Below, one piece after another: positions 53,601-62,251 of a DNA stretch of 64,000 nt. The number at the start of each line of letters is the position of its first letter. Positions within the stretch are counted from its first letter, which is position 1. The DNA is taken from positions 31 through 64,030 of the forward strand of contig DASRNI010000002.1 in assembly GCA_035647455.1 (NCBI GenBank), read 5' to 3'. The position numbers were made by a program, and so were the translations under genes. A model generated the notes under the pieces. That model searched no databases. It saw only the letters and a list, made by a program, of their open reading frames with translations, and had not been told where the DNA came from. This DNA is from Bacilli bacterium (lineage in GTDB: Bacteria; Bacillota_I; Bacilli_A; RFN20; CAG-826).

Positions 53601-54177
53601 CTTAGCAACCGGTGCTAACGTTAACATTCTCGTTATGGATACGGAAGTATATTCCAATACTGGTGGCCAATCAAGTAAAGCAACACAAGCTGGAGCAATT
53701 GCCAAGTTTGCCGCAAGCGGAAAACCAACAGCGAAGAAAAACTTAGCGATGATGGCAATGGCGTATGATAACGTCTACGTCGCACAAGTTGCCCTTGGTG
53801 CAAATCCTGTTGCAACAATCCGTGCGATTAGTGAAGCAGAAGCGTTTGATGGTCCATCGATCATTATTGCGTACTCACCATGTATCGAACACGGTATTCG
53901 TGGTGGCTTAAGCAACCATATCAGTGTTGAGAAAAAAGCTGTTACAAGTGGTTACTGGCCAATCTTCCGTTACGATCCACGGTTAGAAGACGAAGGCAAG
54001 TCACCATTAATGTGGGATATGAAAGAACCAAACTATGAAGAATTCCGTGAATTCGTCATGGGTGAAACAAGGTTCTCACAATTACCGCACGTTAATCCAG
54101 AAAACGCTGAAGCGCTACTCACAAAGAGTGAAGAAGACGCCCGCAAGCGTTACTTACGTCTTAAAAAGTTTGAATAA
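50647..54177 (+). CDS. nifJ: Pyruvate:ferredoxin (flavodoxin) oxidoreductase
   Basis: 1176-aa single-chain PFOR. Two ferredoxin-type clusters (CIQCNTCSLVCP, CVGCALCVVTCP) and a TPP domain (GGDGWAYDIGYGGLDH). Confidence 0.93.
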   Translation: MSVKKTFMSLDGNSAAARVSYLYTDIAAIYPITPSSNMAELVDLYSSQGKLNYFGSTVKVTEMQSEAGAAGAVHGSLQGGTLATTYTASQGLLLMLPNIYKWVGELLPAVLHVSARSIAARSLSIFGDHQDIYAVRQTGVTMLVSHSVQEVADLSHAAHLIAIEASAPMLHFFDGFRTSHEIQNVEVVSDEEWQKLLPIDKIAEFRSRALNPHTNPVTRGGAENDDISFQGKEAQNTHYNNVLGVAEKYLAKASELTGRNYAPFVYYGAKDATKVIIAMGSVTEALLEVVDDLNKKGEKVGLVKVHLYRPFANNLLADAIPASVTHIAVLDRTKEVGAVGEPLYVDVVTALEQVGRKFTKIVGGRYGISSRDTQPKHLKAVYDHLDKDLWHSFTIGIHDDVTNLSVPWDESYHIDSGHTECLFYGLGSDGTVSANRSSIQIIGEATGQYAQAYFAYDSRKAGGPTRSYLRFGKTPIHSTYYVENASFISCSQDSYLYKFDMIRYLKKGGTFLLNTSLSGEDLINALPNRVKYGLATKQAKFFVIDANKIAQEIGMGRHTNTILQSSFFYLNEQIMPYDEALRLMKDYAEQTYGRKGDEIVNLNHEAIDMGSEGVKEVKVDPAWAKLKPLRVVELLGDRYFDEYVNPIDNLEGYDLPVSRFTEWDLLDGTMTNDITFKQKRKIAAQVPRWIKENCIQCNTCSLVCPHATIRPFLLTPEEIDGLPENVKDEHVQAMGPTVKDYRFRIQVSPMNCVGCALCVVTCPGRGGKKALEMVDAKTQYEFEPAADYLYKEVSYKSGHFPLTTPKGVGFLMPYMEISGACAGCGETPYYRLITQLFGRDMLVANATGCSSIYCGSVPGTPFTTNKDGEGVAWGNSLFEDNAEYGFGMRIAQDYKLDLIIKIMSEAKGHVDGRLAELIDDYVVNYKNRDHVRAYLKELVALIEKSAYKPLHEVLKYKDDILDKSVWIIGGDGWAYDIGYGGLDHVLATGANVNILVMDTEVYSNTGGQSSKATQAGAIAKFAASGKPTAKKNLAMMAMAYDNVYVAQVALGANPVATIRAISEAEAFDGPSIIIAYSPCIEHGIRGGLSNHISVEKKAVTSGYWPIFRYDPRLEDEGKSPLMWDMKEPNYEEFREFVMGETRFSQLPHVNPENAEALLTKSEEDARKRYLRLKKFE

Positions 54178-54198
54178 AACTTAATTACTTAAAAATGA

Positions 54199-54223
54199 CC
54201 TCCCCAAATCGGGGAGGTTTTTT
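54199..54223 (+). terminator. Rho-independent terminator after PFOR, possibly bidirectional
   Basis: CCTCCCC-AAATC-GGGGAGG followed by T6, with an A-rich 5' flank facing the convergent - strand gene. Confidence 0.85.
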
Positions 54224-54253
54224 AAAACAAAGAAAACACTAAACTAATTATAT

Positions 54254-54967
54254 TTAAACTGCTTCACTCTTCTTTTCGCGACGGAAACCGCGCAGTAGAA
54301 AGTATAGAAAAACCATAAAAAGTGTAATAAACAAAATCCAAAGAATCGTGTAAAATGGCGCGCCGAAAAAATCAGAAATTGCCGCGACCGGATTTTCTAA
54401 TAAATAAAACCAGTTTTCTTGAAAGATTAAGTCAACCACTAAAATGCCTAAATTATAAACAAAAAGCAGAGCGGTTGCTCGTTTGAAATTGGTAAAGTCA
54501 ATTGTCAGTTTTTTTGTAAAGTAGTAATAAAGTGATGCGATCAAGAAACCAAAATGCTCTAAAAAGTAATGGAAGAAGCGAAAATGCGGAAAGGCCCATG
54601 TTGTATCAATGAAAATAAGCGAGAAGAAAGCGCCAATAATTGCGTAATAAATTAAATAATTAAACATTTTTGGTTTGTTCGCTAATAAGGCAATAATTGT
54701 TAGTAAGTTTGTTAACGCGCAAAAGCCAAGTAACGGCAACATGCCAATATTGTAGCCGCCTCGCGAGTAAACCCAGATATGGTATGACGTTTCAAAAATT
54801 AATAAAAAAGATCCAAGTGCAAGCCGAAACCATTTTTCGAACTTTGGACCCGAGATTTTACTCCGCACTAAATATAAAGTGACAATAATTAAAACGAAAA
54901 ACGCTAATGTTAAAAGATGCGTAACACTAAACATTTCGAGCTGGTTATGTAAATTCTCATTAAACAT
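54254..54967 (-). CDS. Integral membrane protein, unknown function (possibly YwaF/TIGR02206-like)
   Basis: 237 aa with about 7 hydrophobic segments. Start at MFNENLHNQLEMFSVTHLL, preceded by GAAGG. The longer ORF-track version runs into the tRNA. Confidence 0.55.
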   Translation of the reverse strand: MFNENLHNQLEMFSVTHLLTLAFFVLIIVTLYLVRSKISGPKFEKWFRLALGSFLLIFETSYHIWVYSRGGYNIGMLPLLGFCALTNLLTIIALLANKPKMFNYLIYYAIIGAFFSLIFIDTTWAFPHFRFFHYFLEHFGFLIASLYYYFTKKLTIDFTNFKRATALLFVYNLGILVVDLIFQENWFYLLENPVAAISDFFGAPFYTILWILFITLFMVFLYFLLRGFRREKKSEAV

Positions 54968-55011
54968 TATTTTACCTTCTTTTGGTTTAAATTTGAGAAG
55001 TTTAAGTAAAA

Positions 55012-55088
55012 TGGTCGGAACGACAGGATTTGAACCTGCGACCTCTACCACCCCAAGGTAGCGCACTACCAAGCTGTGCTACGTCCCG
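55012..55088 (-). tRNA. tRNA-Pro (anticodon GGG), CCA encoded
   Basis: Manual fold of the reverse complement: acceptor CGGGACG/CGTTCCG, D stem GCAC/GTGC, anticodon stem CTACC/GGTAG with loop TTGGGGT, T stem GCAGG/CCTGT with loop TTCAAAT, discriminator A plus CCA. 77 nt. Confidence 0.85.
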
Positions 55089-55184
55089 ACTACTCATATT
55101 ATAAACTTTTTTTTGGAAAATACATTAAAAAAGAAATATAGCGTATCACCTTTAAAATAGGGGATATTATTGTAAAATAATAGA

Positions 55185-58016
55185 ATGGAACAAAAAAACC
55201 ACATTATTATTAAAGGCGCTAGAGATAATAACTTGAAAAACATCAGCGTCAACATCCCGAAAAACAAACTAGTTGTGTTTACGGGTCTTTCTGGCAGCGG
55301 TAAAAGTACCCTCGCGCTGGAAACGATTTATCAAGAAGGACAACGCCGTTATGTCGAAAGTCTTTCAAGTTACGCTCGGCAATTTTTAGGGAGTATGAGT
55401 AAACCGGATGTCGATTCAATTGAAGGACTATCACCGGCAATTAGTATTGAGCAAAAGTCAACGAGTAATAACCCGCGTTCAACGGTCGGAACGATTACGG
55501 AAATATATGACTATTTACGGCTCCTTTATGCGCGGATTGGTATTCCTTATTGTCCTGATCACGATATTCCGATTGTTAGTTTTTCACCGGAACAAATATT
55601 ACAAAAAGTTTTTGAGCACCCAGAAAACACAAGAATTCAAGTTTTAGCACCGATTGTTCGTGCTGAAAAAGGTAGTCACGCAGAAACAATCGATAAAATG
55701 AAACGTGAAGGATTTCTTCGTGTTCGTGTTAATGGGCAAATTGGTTTATTAGATAATGTCCCGCCACTTCCCGTCAATAAACGCCATAACATTGACTTAG
55801 TTGTAACGCGCCTTGTATTGAAAGAAGAAAACAAATCACGTATTTTTGAAGCAATTAAAACAGCGCTTGATTATGCGCACGGCACAGTTACCGTGTTATT
55901 TAATGACGAAGAAAAACTTTATTCGGCACATAATGCGTGTGAAATCTGCGGCTTTAGTGTCCCTAAACTTGAACCGCGGCTCTTTTCTTTTAACGCACCA
56001 ATGGGGTTTTGTGAAGATTGTCGCGGCCTTGGCGTAAAACGTGAAGTTGATGTTTCAATTTTAGTGCCGCACCCGGAATTAAGTCTTAGTGAAGGCGCGA
56101 TTGAATATTATAAAAACGTTGTTGGTACAAAAAATATTGAATGGCAAGAATTTAGTAAGCTTTGTGAACTTTATGATGTACCAATGCATGTCCCGTTTAG
56201 TGACTTAACAAAAGCCGAGCGGCGAATCATTTTACTTGGCTCACCAAGTGAACATGAATACGTTATTCGCTCAAGCAGTGGCAATTTAATGCACCGTCGT
56301 GGGAAGATTGAAGGAATTAAGACGAAAATTGAACGACTTTACGAAGAAACAAGCAGCGAACAAATGCGCGTTTATTATGAAAAATTTATGCGCGACACAA
56401 CATGTACAACTTGTGAAGGACGACGGCTTAATGAAAAGGCACTAAGTATTAAAATAAATAAACAAACAATTTACGACTTGACGATGATGCAAATTGGTGA
56501 CTTGAAAGATTTCTTAACCACAACACGCGAAACCGTCTTAACTGTTACTGAACAAACAATAAGTGAACTTGTGCTTAATGAAATTGATCATCGTTTAACA
56601 TTTTTAATTAAAGTTGGTCTTGACTACTTAACACTCGCACGTAGTTCAAAGTCACTTTCTGGTGGCGAAGCGCAGCGAATCCGCCTGGCAACGCAAATTG
56701 GCTCGAAATTAACGGGTGTGCTTTATGTGCTTGATGAACCAAGTATTGGTCTTCATCAACGTGATAATGACCGGCTCATCCAAGCACTTAAAGATATGGT
56801 TGATCTTGGCAATACACTCATTGTTGTTGAGCATGATGAAGATACAATTAGAAGTGCTGACTTTATTATTGATATTGGACCAGGCGCGGGGATTCATGGT
56901 GGTGAAATCGTTGAAACTGGGACAGTCGAAGATATTATTAATAATAAAAACTCAATTACGGGTGACTATTTATCGGGCCGCAAAAATATTCCGCTCCCAC
57001 CCCGCCGGATGAAAGGGAATGGCGCCTTTATCGAAATTAAAGGGGCGCAAGTAAACAACTTGAAAAACATTGATGTTAAAATTCCGCTCAATACATTTAC
57101 AGTAGTAACTGGTGTTAGTGGCAGTGGTAAAAGTAGTTTAATTGAAGAAACACTTTACAAAGCCGCAGACCGTTATTTACGCAAAGCGGAAACGTATCCC
57201 GGCAAACACGAAGCAATTAACGGCTTTGAGCATATTGATAAAGTGATTAATATTTCCCAAGATCCAATTGGACGAACACCGCGTTCTAACCCAGCAACTT
57301 ACACGAAAGTATTTGATGATATTCGTGATTTATTCGCCTCAACCCGTACAGCACGGGCCCATGGCTTTACGAAAAGTCAGTTCTCATTTAATACGCGTGG
57401 TGGCCGCTGTGAACATTGTGAAGGCGCAGGAGTTACACGGATTCCGATGAACTTTTTACCCGATGTATACGTAAAATGTGAGATTTGTGACGGTAAACGC
57501 TATAACGAAGATACATTAAGTGTGAAGTATCGTGGGAAAACAATTGTTGATGTTTTAAATATGACGGTTGAAGAAGCCTTACTCTTTTTTGAAAATCGCA
57601 CGAACATTGTCCGCCGCTTAAAAACGCTTTATGATATCGGGCTTGGTTACATTAAACTTGGTCAACCAGCACCAGAACTTAGTGGTGGTGAAGCACAGCG
57701 GCTTAAACTTGCGTTTGAATTACAAAAGCGCCCAACCGGTAAAACACTTTATTTACTCGATGAACCAACAACAGGGTTACATACTGATGACGTTGCCCGG
57801 CTCATTTTAGCATTGCAAGCAATCGTTAGTCACGGTGATACTGCGGTTGTGATTGAGCATAATTTAGATATTATTAAAGTCGCCGATTACATTATTGATT
57901 TAGGCCCAGAAGGCGGTAATCATGGTGGCGAAGTTGTTGCTTTTGGGACACCAGAAGAAGTAAGTGAAAACCCGCGATCGCATACGGGTAAATTTTTGAA
58001 AAAATATTTAGTATAA
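55185..58016 (+). CDS. uvrA: Excinuclease ABC subunit A
   Basis: 943 aa. Two GLSGSGKS/GVSGSGKS Walker A motifs, two LSGGEAQR signatures and Zn fingers (CxxC). Confidence 0.97.
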   Translation: MEQKNHIIIKGARDNNLKNISVNIPKNKLVVFTGLSGSGKSTLALETIYQEGQRRYVESLSSYARQFLGSMSKPDVDSIEGLSPAISIEQKSTSNNPRSTVGTITEIYDYLRLLYARIGIPYCPDHDIPIVSFSPEQILQKVFEHPENTRIQVLAPIVRAEKGSHAETIDKMKREGFLRVRVNGQIGLLDNVPPLPVNKRHNIDLVVTRLVLKEENKSRIFEAIKTALDYAHGTVTVLFNDEEKLYSAHNACEICGFSVPKLEPRLFSFNAPMGFCEDCRGLGVKREVDVSILVPHPELSLSEGAIEYYKNVVGTKNIEWQEFSKLCELYDVPMHVPFSDLTKAERRIILLGSPSEHEYVIRSSSGNLMHRRGKIEGIKTKIERLYEETSSEQMRVYYEKFMRDTTCTTCEGRRLNEKALSIKINKQTIYDLTMMQIGDLKDFLTTTRETVLTVTEQTISELVLNEIDHRLTFLIKVGLDYLTLARSSKSLSGGEAQRIRLATQIGSKLTGVLYVLDEPSIGLHQRDNDRLIQALKDMVDLGNTLIVVEHDEDTIRSADFIIDIGPGAGIHGGEIVETGTVEDIINNKNSITGDYLSGRKNIPLPPRRMKGNGAFIEIKGAQVNNLKNIDVKIPLNTFTVVTGVSGSGKSSLIEETLYKAADRYLRKAETYPGKHEAINGFEHIDKVINISQDPIGRTPRSNPATYTKVFDDIRDLFASTRTARAHGFTKSQFSFNTRGGRCEHCEGAGVTRIPMNFLPDVYVKCEICDGKRYNEDTLSVKYRGKTIVDVLNMTVEEALLFFENRTNIVRRLKTLYDIGLGYIKLGQPAPELSGGEAQRLKLAFELQKRPTGKTLYLLDEPTTGLHTDDVARLILALQAIVSHGDTAVVIEHNLDIIKVADYIIDLGPEGGNHGGEVVAFGTPEEVSENPRSHTGKFLKKYLV

Positions 58017-58041
58017 TAATTACGCAAAGGAGAAAGTAATT

Positions 58042-59349
58042 ATGGATTTAGCAATGTATATTATCTTCGGCATCATTACTGTAGGTGCAATTGTTTATGG
58101 TGTACTTAGTGTACGCAGTTTTATTAAGGAAGAAAGTGACGCAACAACGTTATTTAAGGGCAAAAACTTAGTTATCCCTGGGATGATTGCCGTTGGTGGG
58201 GTTAGTTTTATGCTACTCTTTCTCCCATTAGCCTTAAAAAGTCAGACATTGTTCCCGAAATTCATGATTACACTCGGAGCGCTGTTTTTTAGCTTATCGC
58301 TTTTTACTTTTTTAACATTCTTTTTCTTACATTACTACAAATTTAATGTCGATAAAGTTTGGGTAAAACGAACAAAGATAACGCTATACATTACAGCATT
58401 CTTAAGTATTGTCTTTGCGGTTATTCTGCTTGACGGCTTAACGTACGGTGGCGTCTTAAAGTTCCCATTACCGCAAGGCATTCCGTTTGGCGATAACCCA
58501 ATCGTCCATTTCTACGCTTTATTTATTTTAGGTGGCGCATTACTAGTGCTTGCAATTAGTGACCATGAGTTTTATAAAAAGTACGGCAAACATGGCATTT
58601 TGGAAAACGTTTTTTATGTCGCTTTCCCTGCAGGGATTGTTGGTGCACGTGTTTGGTACGTAATTGGTGAATGGCACGTGTTTGCCGGTGACTTTAGTAA
58701 AATGATCGATTTCCGTGATGGTGGACTCGCGATTATGGGCGGAGCAATGTTTGGAATTATTGCGGGTGTGCTCTTTTTCTTAAAATACCGCAAAGAGTAT
58801 GATCCGTTTTTTGCGGCTGATGTTATTGTGCCGACAATTTTAGTCGCACAAGCAATTGGTCGCTTCGGTAACTTTACGAACCAAGAAGTTTATGGTGGGA
58901 TTATTCCGGCAAGTGAAATCGGTAATTACTGGTTAATTCCCGCCTTTATTAAAGAAAACATGTTTATTGCTGGTGAATTTAGACAACCATTTTTCTTATA
59001 CGAACTTTTACTTAACTTAACCGGTTACTTTGTGATTCGTTTCGCGATTGGTGAAGGACTTAAAAAATACCGCAAGCCACTTGATATGGCATTTATGTAT
59101 TTAGTCTGGTACGGTGCAGTAAGATTTGTAATGGAACCACTCCGTGATCCAATCTTTAGAATGGGTGAAACAAATGTTTGGTCGGAATATAACGCACTTA
59201 TTTTGTTAATTGTTGGTGTACTAGCGATTATTGGTAACCACGTTATTCGCTATGCCTTGAAAGATAAACAAACGGAAAACGGTGTGAGCATTACAGATAG
59301 CGCAGAGCGAAATGAGAACGATGGAAGTGGAGATGTTGATGTTGAATAA
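58042..59349 (+). CDS. lgt: Prolipoprotein diacylglyceryl transferase with an extra N-terminal membrane domain
   Basis: GRFGNFTNQEVYG signature, and HFYALFILGGALLV at about residue 155, where Lgt normally begins. 435 aa. Confidence 0.85.
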   Translation: MDLAMYIIFGIITVGAIVYGVLSVRSFIKEESDATTLFKGKNLVIPGMIAVGGVSFMLLFLPLALKSQTLFPKFMITLGALFFSLSLFTFLTFFFLHYYKFNVDKVWVKRTKITLYITAFLSIVFAVILLDGLTYGGVLKFPLPQGIPFGDNPIVHFYALFILGGALLVLAISDHEFYKKYGKHGILENVFYVAFPAGIVGARVWYVIGEWHVFAGDFSKMIDFRDGGLAIMGGAMFGIIAGVLFFLKYRKEYDPFFAADVIVPTILVAQAIGRFGNFTNQEVYGGIIPASEIGNYWLIPAFIKENMFIAGEFRQPFFLYELLLNLTGYFVIRFAIGEGLKKYRKPLDMAFMYLVWYGAVRFVMEPLRDPIFRMGETNVWSEYNALILLIVGVLAIIGNHVIRYALKDKQTENGVSITDSAERNENDGSGDVDVE

Positions 59350-59983
59350 GTTTAAGTTAGTTGTTTTTGATTTAGATGGGACACTTGTTGATAGTGATTT
59401 AGCCCTTGTTAAAGTTGGAATTGAAATTGCCCGGCATTACCGGCAGCGTGAAGGCGCGAATATTGATGATTATTTATATTTAAATGGGCCACCTTTAAAT
59501 GAATCGCTCGCAATTCTTTTCCCGCATGATGATATTGAGTTAACAAGGCAAAAGTATTATGACCTTGCTGGGACAACAATTGATGATGTGTCGATATTTA
59601 AGAGTACATTACTTGTTTTAGAAAGTTTACTTGCGGCTGGTGTTACACTCGCTCTTTTTACGAGTCGTCATCGCCGCGCAATGGAACTTATTTTAGATAA
59701 GTACGATTTAAACAAGTATTTTAGTGAAATTATTGCGGGTAATGATGGTTTTGCACCAAAACCAAGTGGTGAAGCTTTAACGCATATTATGGAGCGCCTT
59801 AACTTCTCCGGCAAAGAAACGCTTTATGTTGGTGATAATTGGCGCGATGTCGGTGTTGCGCGTGATGCGGGAACACGGATTGCTTTCATTAAGTCACATC
59901 GCCGTAAGCCGGATGAAACACTTGTTGTCGATTATGAATTAAAAGATATTAAAGATGTTTTGGAGGTAGTCCTTAATGAATAA
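59339..59983 (+). CDS. HAD-superfamily phosphatase (PpaX-like by position after lgt)
   Basis: VVFDLDGTLVDSD motif I, TSRHR motif II, GDNWRDVGVARDAG motif IV. Start is ATG 59339 or 59333. Overlaps the lgt end. Confidence 0.75.
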   Translation: MLNKFKLVVFDLDGTLVDSDLALVKVGIEIARHYRQREGANIDDYLYLNGPPLNESLAILFPHDDIELTRQKYYDLAGTTIDDVSIFKSTLLVLESLLAAGVTLALFTSRHRRAMELILDKYDLNKYFSEIIAGNDGFAPKPSGEALTHIMERLNFSGKETLYVGDNWRDVGVARDAGTRIAFIKSHRRKPDETLVVDYELKDIKDVLEVVLNE

Positions 59984-60905
59984 AGAAATTCTCCCGATCG
60001 CTATTGTCGGTGCGGGTCCTGCCGGAATGACGGCAGCAATTTACTTAGCCCGCGCGAATGCAAAGTTTAAAATTTTCGATAAAGGTGCCCCAGGTGGCAA
60101 AATGAATATTACGCAGTTAGTTGATAATTATCCGGGGACAAAAAATGTCGCCGGACCGGAACTTGCTTTTCAAATGTTTGAACAAGTCCGTGAACTTGGT
60201 GTTGAATTCGAACAAGTGGAAGTGCATTTTATTAGTAAAGAAAACGATCTTTTCCGGATTGAAACTGATGAAGGAAATTTTTATAGTCAAGCAGTCATTG
60301 TCGCGACTGGCACACAAGAAAGACGACTTAAAATTCCTGGAGAAGTGAAATACACTGGTCGTGGTGTAAGTTACTGTGCGATTTGTGACGCGACACTTTA
60401 TAAAGAAGACGCGATTGCAATTATTGGTGGCGGCAACGCGGCTATTGAAGAAGCAGTGTTCGTCGCTAAGATTGTTAAAAAGCTTTACGTTATTCATCGC
60501 CGCGAAGAGTTCCGCGCTGATGCGGCTTTAATGGATGAACTCCGTACTTATCCTAACGTTGAATTTATTTTAAATGCCGTTCCTACGGAAATTTATGGTG
60601 ACGAGGCTGGTGTTACTGGCTTAGGTGTTAAAAGTTTAGAAACGGATCAAGTTACAACGCTTGATGTTAAAGCATGTTTCCCATTCGTCGGTAGCGATGC
60701 AAGCACGGACTTTTTAAGTTCATTTGATGTCCGTGATGAACGCGGCTTTGTTGTTGTTAATGAAGAAATGATGACAAATGTCCCCGGTTTATTTAGTGTT
60801 GGTGATGTTAATAAAAAAGTGCTGCGTCAAATTGTAACAGCGACAAATGACGGCGCTATTGCGGCTTTAAGCGCGAACCGATTTGTCAAACGGCCGCTTA
60901 AGTAA
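59976..60905 (+). CDS. trxB: Thioredoxin-disulfide reductase
   Basis: GAGPAG FAD motif, redox-active CAICD, GGGNAAIEEA NADPH motif. Confidence 0.93.
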   Translation: MNKEILPIAIVGAGPAGMTAAIYLARANAKFKIFDKGAPGGKMNITQLVDNYPGTKNVAGPELAFQMFEQVRELGVEFEQVEVHFISKENDLFRIETDEGNFYSQAVIVATGTQERRLKIPGEVKYTGRGVSYCAICDATLYKEDAIAIIGGGNAAIEEAVFVAKIVKKLYVIHRREEFRADAALMDELRTYPNVEFILNAVPTEIYGDEAGVTGLGVKSLETDQVTTLDVKACFPFVGSDASTDFLSSFDVRDERGFVVVNEEMMTNVPGLFSVGDVNKKVLRQIVTATNDGAIAALSANRFVKRPLK

Positions 60906-60922
60906 TAAAATAAATAGAGAAG

Positions 60923-61897
60923 ATGAAAAAAGTTTCGTTTACAACACGTGTTAAAGAAGACATTACTTTTAATGTCTTAGAATATGGATTTCCGCGCAAA
61001 CGGGCTATTTTAGCAGCGCTGATTAAGCATGCGGGACGCTTACGAATTCGCGAAGGTGAAGAGCAGTTAATTATTAGCACAGAAAACGCGAAAGTTGCGA
61101 AGTACTCGTATCAATTAGTGAAAGAGCTTTTTGAAGTAGAACCAACTTTTTCATATTTAACGAACCGTAAGTTTGGCAAGAAAATGAAGTTTAAAGTCGT
61201 CGTAAGTAGCCGCATTAGTGATATTTTTGAAGAACTTAAACTTGACTTCTATGCGACTTCGGTCACACGAAAAATTGTTTATAGTGATGATACGCTCGCC
61301 GGTTACTTTACCGGAGCATTTATTGGTAGCGGTTCAATGACGAGTCCGTTATCGAAAAATTATCATTTAGAAATCGTCACAAATAACGAAAAATATGCGA
61401 CGTGGATGACAAATGCACTTGAACGGTTTACGAAAACACGTTTTAACGCAAAAGTTACAAAAAGACGCGATAAGTTTATCGTTTATTTAAAACGTAGTGA
61501 TCAAATCGCCGAGTTTCTTATTTTTATCGGCGCCGCAAACGCTAGTTTAGAGTTTGAAAGTATTCGGATTGATCGTGATATGCAAAATACAACAAACCGC
61601 ATGTTTATTTGTGACGAAGCTAATTATAAGAAAACGCTAAAAAGTAGTGCACGGCATATTGAAAACATTAAAATCGTCGAAAGGCATTACGGCGAAGTCC
61701 CAGAAGGAAATCTTAAACTTGCCGCGCTGATGAAACTCCGTGTCGAGCATGACGATGCGACACTTAATGAGTTAGCAGAACTACTAACGGAAGAACTCGG
61801 ACAAGAAAAACCAATTAGTAAAGGTAATGTTAACCATTTGTTTATTAAACTGCGTGAGTTAGCCGCACCATATAAGGAGCAAAATGAACATCAATAA
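60923..61897 (+). CDS. whiA: DNA-binding protein WhiA
   Basis: 324 aa. Degenerate LAGLIDADG-like AGYFTGAFIGSGSM and a C-terminal HTH. Near trxB, as in Bacillus. Confidence 0.85.
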   Translation: MKKVSFTTRVKEDITFNVLEYGFPRKRAILAALIKHAGRLRIREGEEQLIISTENAKVAKYSYQLVKELFEVEPTFSYLTNRKFGKKMKFKVVVSSRISDIFEELKLDFYATSVTRKIVYSDDTLAGYFTGAFIGSGSMTSPLSKNYHLEIVTNNEKYATWMTNALERFTKTRFNAKVTKRRDKFIVYLKRSDQIAEFLIFIGAANASLEFESIRIDRDMQNTTNRMFICDEANYKKTLKSSARHIENIKIVERHYGEVPEGNLKLAALMKLRVEHDDATLNELAELLTEELGQEKPISKGNVNHLFIKLRELAAPYKEQNEHQ

Positions 61898-62105
61898 AAA
61901 TCTTGGTAAAAGAATTCGTTTATTACGTCAGGCACGAAACTGGAGTATTTTAGAATTAGCACTTAATGCGGATATTAATCCGAACTATTTAGGGGACTTG
62001 GAAAACGGCCGTCGTAACCCAACGGTAAAAGTTTTACATAAAATTTCGAGTGCACTTCATATCTCTCTTTCATCTTTAGTCTTAAATATTGACCGTGAAG
62101 AATAA
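61884..62105 (+). CDS. Small XRE-family helix-turn-helix protein
   Basis: 73 aa. LGKRIRLLRQARNWSILELALNADINPNYLGDLENGRRNPTVKVLHKISSAL is a complete HTH_3-type domain. Overlaps the whiA end by 14 nt. Confidence 0.75.
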   Translation: MNINKNLGKRIRLLRQARNWSILELALNADINPNYLGDLENGRRNPTVKVLHKISSALHISLSSLVLNIDREE

Positions 62106-62251
62106 ACGAAAAACTGTAAAAACTAATGAAATCGGTATATTTTTCCCTAATATCGCGATTTTTTCAAAAAAAGATGAAATTTATGATGTTTATGTTGGCA
62201 TTTAACGGTATTTTTATTGTATAATAAACACGCATAATAAGGAGGACAAAT

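Noticed and set aside
54968-55072. N-terminal 35 codons of the 272-aa - strand ORF (MVVRYLGVVEVAGSNPVVPT...).
   Set aside because: This part is the translation of the tRNA-Pro gene (55012-55088) and its spacer. An internal ATG at 54967 with a GAAGG RBS gives a sensible membrane protein.
61884-62105. The small XRE protein as the antitoxin of a toxin-antitoxin pair.
   Set aside because: There is no adjacent small toxin-like ORF. The neighbours are whiA and gap.
62195-62225. TTGGCA ... TATAAT as the gap promoter.
   Set aside because: The spacer is 19 nt by my count, longer than the usual 16-18, so it is not reported as a feature.
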